Positions 56,076 through 64,000 of a DNA stretch of 64,000 nt are shown one piece after another. Below the pieces are notes generated by a model that was not told the origin of the DNA, made no database searches, and saw only the letters and a program-made list of their open reading frames with translations. Position 1 is the first letter of the stretch; each line of letters begins with the position of its first letter. The translations under genes and the position numbers were made by a program. The DNA is from Hydrolagus colliei (Eukaryota), in assembly GCA_035084275.1 (NCBI GenBank), contig CM068749.1, positions 12,648,001-12,712,000 on the forward strand, written 5' to 3'.

Positions 56076-59000
56076 GAGCAAACAACATCGTATAATTCAA
56101 CAGACCTTGACACCAAACTTTCTGGACCTAGAGCACGCATTTCGAAATGTGCGTGCACCGCGACTGCGCGCGCATCGTCAGTGTGGACGCACCATCAATG
56201 CACGCGCAATTCGAATGCACGCGCATGCGCAGTATAAAAACTCGATAGATCGGTTTAAGCAGGTATGAGCAAACGGATATATCCATATCCGGAAAAATCC
56301 CATATCGCCGTTCCCTAGTATGCAGATGATACCCAACACTATCTTTCACCCTTGATTCCAGGACTACTGCTGTCCTGATAGACTGTATGTCAGACATCAA
56401 GTCCTGGATGAGAGTTAACTTTCTACAAGTGAATGTCAACAAGACCGAGGCCCTTCTCATTGGCTCGCACCAGCGACTCCGCAACTTGGGCACTGGCAGC
56501 ATCCATGGTTGCACCTCATCAAGCCAGTCAGGAACCTAGGTGCCCTGTTTGATCTTCAACTGTCTTTTCTCCCCCCATGTCTATGCCGTGATCCACTCTG
56601 CCTTCCCTCACCTCTGAACATTATCTGACTCCGGCACTCCCACACCCTTCAGGCTGCTGAAACTCTCATCCATGCCTTCAGCACATCAAGACTCAACTTT
56701 GCCAGCTCCCAGCTTGTCAGCCTTCCCAACTCCTTCCTGCATTGGTTGTAGATCATCCAGAACTCTGCGACCTGTGGCCTCTTCCACACCAGGCTGAGCA
56801 ACCCATCTCTGCAATTCTCACCTGACTCCATTGGCTCCCCATCATTCAGAGGATTGAATTCAAGATCCTGGTCTTCAACTTTAAAGCCCTCTGGCCTTGT
56901 CCCATCCTACCTCTGCAACCTCCTAACCCCCTAGTAACCTCTCTGCTCAGCGGGCTCCGGGCTGCTCCATGACCCCCTTCCCACCCACCCCACCATTGTC
57001 AGATGAGCCTTCAGCTAATCCTTCCCCAATCTTTGGAATTCCATCCCGCAATCCCTCTATCTCGCCCACTCCCTAGCCTCTCAAGTCTCACCTCAAGACC
57101 TTATTCTTTGACTGTGCCATGAATCACCCTCCCTTCCCTCCATCATCTCCGATCCCAATACCAGCTTGGGTCTGAAGTTCTAACTGTCCAGTGCCTTGGG
57201 ATGTCCTCCCAACCTGAAAGGCACTATACAAAAGTAATTTTATTGTTGTGCTTTCTTGAAAGAGCTTCCCAGCTGGGGTGAAGATCCATCTAGTGGCTCA
57301 ACGGAGAATTTACAAAGCCCACAATAACACCCAACACTGGTTCAAGCTCATTTAAAAAAATATATGTCATGCATATAATTAATTGGTGTGTGTGTGAGGA
57401 CAATGCTCATAGCAACAAGTCTACGATTATCAGTGGTTTTATTTAAAGTACTTGATTTGTAATGCCCCTAAAAGTAGTCTCCTACACTTCAGTGTATAGC
57501 ATCATCCATTTATTTCCTTGCAAACAAACATAGGATTCTATTTATGCAATCAGAGGTGCTCACTTCATTGATGATCATTGACCTGGTATTGATTGTTGGC
57601 CAATTTGAGGTAAAAGATGAAAAGGGGCTGAACAGCTGAGTGAAATTAAAGCTGAATCCCTAAAACTGATTTTATACAGCTATACTGGTAAACTGGAAAA
57701 AAATACTTTTAATTAATTCGGTTGTAAAATAATTCCTTACAGCCAAATTAAGCTGATAGGTGCACGATTAATATAAGACAACCTTTGTTGGAAGGGACGA
57801 AAGCTTAACAAATGTAAATATGCAGAAACTTTACAAGAAGATGAAAACACATTATCTTTCAATAACATACCATTAGATTTTGGTTTGGCTACCTTCAATG
57901 TAAATCTAAGCATTTGAAAGTTGCATTAAAAGTTAACCATGTACAAATGTGATTACAATGAATTTTACAATCTGTGTTTGTAATTGATTCACTGAAGTAC
58001 ACCAGAGGCGCTGCTGTGGAGGAGAAGCGTTCCCAATGGGAATATTTAATAAAACAGAACCTATTGTCTATAGTCTTACGGACAGTTTGGTTACTTTATC
58101 ACTTGAATTGTTTATTTTCCATTAACTCAGCTGAACTTTATAAGTTGACTTATTTCGCTGTCTTTACAAGCCTTGAGAGAATTGTTGAATGTGGGGGGAG
58201 AAACAATAACATGAGCATTGTTGGGAGCAATGGCTGTATCAGAACTCAAATAGAAACATTCTATAGACTATCTAACCATACAATATTTCTGCCATTTTTA
58301 ACCAGACAGATTTAGATTAAGGTAAAGTTAATTATTATTTCACTATTTATTGAAAAATCTACAACTCTGTGGGGGCCATTTCCACTAAATGTTAATCTCA
58401 CTTGAAAATGTTAAGTGTCTGTTGCTGGTTCTACAATCATGGTTTAAATTGGACCCCTTGTACAATTAAACACACCCTTTTTTTTGTTTTTGCGGTGCCC
58501 CAAACTCAATTCTGTAGACCAATAAAAAGACTCCAGCACATCAGAATTGATTGTAGATTTCAGTTTCCACTTACTGTTGTTGGAGGTGAAGCCTGAGAAG
58601 CTGGACCTGTGGTGATGAATTTCTGGCTTGTGGGATTTGACGACTGGTTAATGACATACTCATTTTAATAAACAGTAGTCAGTATTCTCTTAACCGTATG
58701 TTGAAGGCTACAGTGTTTATGGGACATACCCCTGATGTGAAAGGTGCTCTACCAAATATTATTTATTAAGTCCAACATTCACATGTCTTTTTTTTACTTC
58801 ACCATTGAGAATGGTGTTGAGGTTCTGCCTCTGGCCCGTTCACTGTGATAAATATCACTTGAACCACTAGCTTATTATAGACTGTTCCAGCAAGGTCGTT
58901 AAGTCTGGGATCTTTCCGTTCTTTATAGTTTGTTATTACACCACATCATTCCATCTGGGTCTAGAGTTACTCTATTTATGCAGCATTTCAGGGCCCTCAG

Positions 59001-59384
59001 AATTTGATAAATTTGTTAAATTCAGATCTAATTATGAATTTGGTTTTCCGCAGTTTCTTAAGTTGATGAATTTGAAGCTACAACCTTCCTGTTGCATTGC
59101 ATACTTTGTAATAGATTCAAAGCTGGGTTGCCAACAAAAGAATAGTATTTTATTGTAATCCTTGTCCATTTTTAGCCTTTATATTCATCCACTAATCATT
59201 TCTAACCAGCTCTTTTAGTCTTATTTAAACATAGATGCCAGAAAATCCTATCCCATCAGAGGACCCTGGGGCATATATATGGAACTGGGCTGACATTGCA
59301 AATATTTGGAGCTCAATAATAGTGGGTGGAAGTAAGAGAATACTTTTTAACCTACCATTCTGTCTGGATTCAAGCCCAGGTTTA

Positions 59385-59590
59385 TATAGATTTACATTGA
59401 CTGGACAGCATGGAATCATACCATTTGGCCCAATCAGTCCTTGCTTGTATTATAGTTCACAAGTCTCCACCCCCACCTTACTCCCCCACACCCTCACATA
59501 TTTCTATTCCCTTCTCCCTCATGTGTATATCCAGCTTCCTCTTAAATACATTTATACAGTCTGATTCAATCACCGCTTCAGGCAGGTTGT
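59385..59590 (-). mobile_element. CR1 3' end fragment, antisense
   Basis: acagcatggaatcataccatttggcccaatcagtcc...atccagcttcctcttaaatacatt. Confidence 0.55.
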
Positions 59591-61810
59591 AATCTATAAT
59601 GGAACGGTGTTCTGAAACGTTGCTGCTCTCTGAATCCATTGCAGACAATTCTTTCAATTGATTCGGGAAATTGTAGGCCTAAAAATAAAATACCCTTTAA
59701 TTGTATTCAATATCTGTCGGTAGGATGAGTGGGTTAATTTAAATGATTTTGTTTCAATCAAAATACAGCAAGCTTATAACAATTCCAGATGTTTCATCAT
59801 TTAATATGTTATTTTCCTGGAGTTTGCTGCAGGTGCTATTGTCCGTTTTGAAATTGGGAGAGTTTTGAAAAGGTAGTGAAAAGTTCTGGTATTTATTGTT
59901 AACCGGGAGCTCAGCCATGTCATTTTGGATAACCCTCATAAGCTAGATTTCGGCAGAGTGTCCAATATATATTTTTCCAGTTGTATAAACTGATTTTGTT
60001 GTACCTATCATACCTACACAAATTGGGAAATCCAAAGCATGTTTTTCAACAGATGCTTACCACCACTATCACAAAGGTATTGGGGCTGAATCGCTTTCCT
60101 TGCTTCACTAAAAATTTCAAAGAATTTATGATTAGATCTCTATTCTTGTTTTTATAAGGGTGTACACAATTCACTGTTTTAGTTTCAAGTTATCCTATTG
60201 AGCCACTTTTGACCGTATTTTTTTTCGCCTGAACTTTGGTTAACCTTTTGTTTACAACATCTTTCCTGGTAAAGCAGATGATATCACCTTATGGTGCTGA
60301 GTTTACAATAAGGTCAAATGGACAAATAGCTTAATAGATTGTCTGTCTTTTGCTGAAGTGAGTTGTGTTGTTAATAGTTAACGCGTGACAGCATTGTGGA
60401 TTGCCAGTTTGAGGCTGGGAAAGGTTCATTCTTCACATGTGTTTTTGTGCAGGCCAGCAGGAGTCTTATATATAATAATCCTTGCATTTGTGTAGCTCCT
60501 TAAGGTATCAGTGTTTTATATGGTTACTTTTTATATTGTTACGTGTTGTGACTGAGTCAATGAATACAAATCTTGCAGCAATTTTCTAAAGGAAATTTCA
60601 GTTTTGTGAGTCCTCTGCTCGAACTTTACCCTGGGTGCACAATCTTTAGTCTAATATCTAGATTGTGCTTTTTGGCATTACATTTTGGCTCACAACCACT
60701 TCTGGTCCGGTGTAATAATTTCTTCACTCTTGTTTTTGCTGGAACATCCTGTTTTTGTGGTGTTTGTCTTATACTCACATCAGTTCCACCTACGTTCCCT
60801 AAAAGTATAGTCTCCATTATTTTTCTAGTCCTTTTAAGTTACAAAGAGAAATATCTGTACACTGCTTATCAGGGAATCTGTCTCCCCTTGTTGATCTATT
60901 TTATGATTCAGTGCTGCTATGTGGAGGCAGTCTAAGGGCCCGCATTGTGTACAGAGTTATCTCAGGGCAACGGAATTATAGAACACTGCAACACTGAAAT
61001 GAGACAAAGATCCAACATCCAAGGATCCTGATGTATATTTTCTACATCAAGCCATCTTGAGACCTTACCCTGTGTGGAGGGTGCTATATAAATGCAAGTT
61101 GTTGTTGTTGTTGGAGATTGTTGTTGTACATGAGCCTCTTCTGCTCCGAATCTACTCTCCTATACTCTTCTATTCTCTCCTCCTTCATGTATGTGTCCAC
61201 TTAAATATAATGCTAACAAAATGCTCAGCTCCAGTATCACAATGGGAATTGAGCATTGTGACAATTCCTCTGGAATTTTATTTTCAATTTCTTAAGAGCA
61301 TCAACACATCTGTCCAAGACAGGTGACTGTGTTGACACAGTAGTCCACATTCTTTGTTTAACATTTGCACAGAGTGTAGCTATCGAGTTGCACTTAATGA
61401 ATTGCATTACACATGGGACAGTTGGAACAGAGAATTTAGTAAAAACATATTATCCCAATACTGTAATCAAAAGGCGAAAGCCATAATCCATGAGACTGGA
61501 GTCCAGTGTCGCATCCTAGACTTGCCATTCACAATTGTAAGGGAAGGGGGTAATTTTACTCCCATTTTTTAGTCTATTTTATGTAAGGTAAATATTGAAT
61601 GTTGCACTAAATTGATCCCATTGTTGATTTTATTCTTACAAATCTTTTCAGTACTCACTAGATAATGATGTGTCAGGGAAAGAGTGTGCATTCCACTCTG
61701 TATGGGGGAAATTTCAACTTGCACATACATATGTGGAACTTCTTCTGGTTTGGGTAATCTTAATCTTGTTGATTATTTATGTCAAATACTCAGTAACAAT
61801 TTTTTTTAAC

Positions 61811-62106
61811 CCTGTAGCTCAGTGGTTAGAGTACTTGCCTTACAAGTGAGAGATGTGAGTTTAATTCCAGGCAGGGTGAAACCTTGGACAAGTTTCCTTA
61901 CTCCACAGGCCTAATAATATTCCCTCAAAACAACTTGGTCATTTCAATCCATGACAGTTTATGAGACACCTGCTGTGCACAATTGGCAATCGCATTTTGC
62001 CCAAATATACAGACAATTCACTTTACCGTATATTTTGTGAAGTGCTTTGAAACATCTAGAAGACGTGAAAAGCTCTATATCAAATGCATGGATTATTATT
62101 ATTATT
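61811..62106 (+). mobile_element. Full-length tRNA-derived SINE (short subfamily)
   Basis: cctgtagctcagtggttagagtacttgcc head through atcaaatgcatggattattattatt tail; colinear with the 5259 copy. Confidence 0.9.
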
Positions 62107-63499
62107 GAATCTCTGTTATTTAAAGATTCCCCTTAAAACAGCAAAAAATTCTTGGTTTTCGACATACCCAAAGTTAAGTTTGATTTTCTGGCCCAGATCC
62201 ACAATGCACCCATTATTTACACCAGCCAGCAAAAGCTGTATTGCCTTTGTAGTGGCTTACCCTGGTGGGGTGTGGGTGGGGTGTGTGTGTGGGGGGGAGG
62301 TGTTGCTTGTCTAAAGTAATACTTAGCATTGTGTTTCACTATAATGGGCATAAATTGAATCCAGTGGTTTATAAGAGATGTATGGATCCTAATATTTGGA
62401 AGAGATTATTTTCCTTACTTCAATTCTCTGTTCAAAATGTTGTTACCGTTTTTAAAAATATATTTGGATAGATCAAAATCTGAATTTCGTGACTACCTGA
62501 GAATTTAAGCATTTTGATGCAATAAAGGTTTTGATTAAAAAGCAAAATATGATTTAAAAGACTTCTCGAGCAGACATTTGGATATTTTAATCATTGCCAT
62601 GTTGTCTGGAGTCACAACATGACAATGATTATAGAAAGTGCCTTTGGATAATATTGTTCCTTTTCAGTGTTCAAATAGGAAATGCATTCATTTCTGAATG
62701 CTTTGTTTGTAGGAATGTTTGAAAATATGCAGCATGTCTTTAGGACACTGGCAAACAATGTTTCAGGAATTGTAATTGAACAAGCTTCGCTGAGATTTTC
62801 AAAGTCCATTTCATTATTTAAAAAATTTGACTGTGGACAGCACTTTTTTTTCTTAATTGGAATGTAGACAGTAATCCTTTGTGGTAGAGAGCACAGATTC
62901 AGTCAGTTGGATTGTGGTTGCTGGGCCTTGTGAATACTTTAGTTTGCCCACTAGGCTGCACTGTGTTATTATGATCTTAGCTCTGTGATGACTGCTGCAG
63001 GATGTACTTTTTTAAAATGAACTTGGTGAAGTTGGAATACGTGCATTTTAAACACCTTTTTATGCTGAACTCTGTTTATTTTTCAAGTTTTGAAAATGAA
63101 AACCAACAACCATTTTCTAGATCATGAAAGAGCTGAAGTGTTCTACATTGTATCACTTGATTACATAAAATTGTTCTTAAGAATGTATTGGATAATAGTA
63201 CATGCCCAGTTTACTATTTAGGGTTGAGAAGAATTTAACAACTTAAGGCAATGTAGTCACCAGCACTCAAATAAATCTTAACATTTTTGATTTAACCCTC
63301 AGATCATCAGCTTCAAAATATACCAGAAAGAAGCAAAGTAAGTATGATGAACAAAAATGGGAAGAAAGCAAGCATTAGAATCTGGTAAAAAAGATGTTCA
63401 TTGGGGATAACAATAGTTTCTTGTGTAGAATTATGTACATCGGAAACCAACAAGAAATTAATATATATGTATACTCAGAAGAAACCTTTGTAATTGAAA

Positions 63500-63875
63500 A
63501 CCCTCGCCTTGCCCCACCCTACATCTGCGATCTCCTAACCCCCTAGCAATGAGCGCCCCCCCCACCCCCCACTCTGGCCTGTTCCATGTCCCCCAACCCA
63601 TCCGCTTCACCATTGGCAGGCGAGCCTTTAGCCACTCTGTCCCCACCCTCTGGAATTCCATCCCGCAATCCCTTCGCCTCGCCACCTCCCTGGCCTCCTT
63701 CAAGTCCCGCCTCAAGACCCCCTCTTCAACGATTCCATCGGTCACCCCAAATCCCCCCCTTTCCCTACACCCTCCCTGTCTCCAGCTTGGGTCTGAAACA
63801 ATGACTGTCCAGTGCCTTGGGACATCCTCCTGACGTGAAAGGCGCTATAAAAGTGTAATTTTGTTGTTGTTGTTG
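63500..63875 (+). mobile_element. L2 LINE 3' fragment, relatively well preserved
   Basis: TIGRRAFSHSVPTLWNSIPQSLRLATSLASFKSRLKT; tail tgaaaggcgctataaaagtgtaattttgttgttgttg. Confidence 0.9.
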
Positions 63876-64000
63876 AATGCGTGCTTTTTGTGTTTTTTAA
63901 AATAAACTACTGATGCTTCAGATGTAGCATTCAAATCTTGGAACAAAATCCAATTGCCACAAAAATCATCTGTTTTATGATTTACTTCAGGAATGTATGT

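Larger units (their letters stand above)
54383..56317 (+). mobile_element. hAT (Ac-like) DNA transposon, internally deleted, copy 2
   Basis: TIR TAGGGAACGGCGAT/ATCGCCGTTCCCTA; 8-bp TSD GTATGCAG at 54375-54382 and 56318-56325; transposase N-terminal remnant inside. Confidence 0.94.
54060..57250 (+). mobile_element. L2 LINE RT region to 3' end (54060-54382 + 56326-57250), split by hAT copy 2
   Basis: LLVLLDFSATFNT, YGVPQGSVLGPLLFNIYMLP, FYMYA|DDTQ, LHWLP, WNSIPQSL, L2 tail at ~57245. Confidence 0.92.

Noticed and set aside
55385-56268. Long ORFs spanning the GA repeat
   Set aside because: Low-complexity purine repeat plus a 164-N assembly gap.
51100-58015. CTCF-like motifs near 51100, 52490, 57290 and 58000
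   Set aside because: Each has two or more mismatches to the core consensus and cannot be supported without PWM scoring or ChIP data.
59703-59730. miR-181-like string tattcaatatctgtcggtagg
   Set aside because: The seed does not match AACATTCA, no convincing hairpin partner is visible, and it is on the opposite strand from the syntenic expectation.

Overview
This is vertebrate genomic DNA, most likely from a cartilaginous fish. A holocephalan such as Callorhinchus is inferred from the tRNA/Deu-domain SINE, L2 and CR1 repeat landscape. Bases 1-~23.9 kb hold the 3' two-thirds of PTPRC (CD45) on the + strand. I traced 22 GT-AG coding exons by hand. They splice in one frame (~882 aa): membrane-proximal FN3 domains, TM helix, wedge, catalytic D1 ([17 protein letters not shown]), pseudo-phosphatase D2 with the acidic insert, and the C-terminal tail (stop at 23095-23097). 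The remaining ~40 kb has no recognisable protein-coding exons. It is intergenic DNA with SINE, L2, CR1 and DNA-transposon relics plus several repeat-free blocks that may be conserved non-coding elements. The most striking structures are two copies of a hAT DNA transposon family with perfect 8-bp TSDs. Both sit inside L2 LINEs: one in a three-layer nest, the other exactly in the RT YADD motif. Each carries a different internal G/A-rich minisatellite, and one retains a BED-finger transposase fragment. Also present are a pogo/Tigger-like MITE family and several near-perfect hairpins. I found no convincing evidence of a wholly new multi-gene system. Most ORFs in the supplied track are spurious or repeat-derived.
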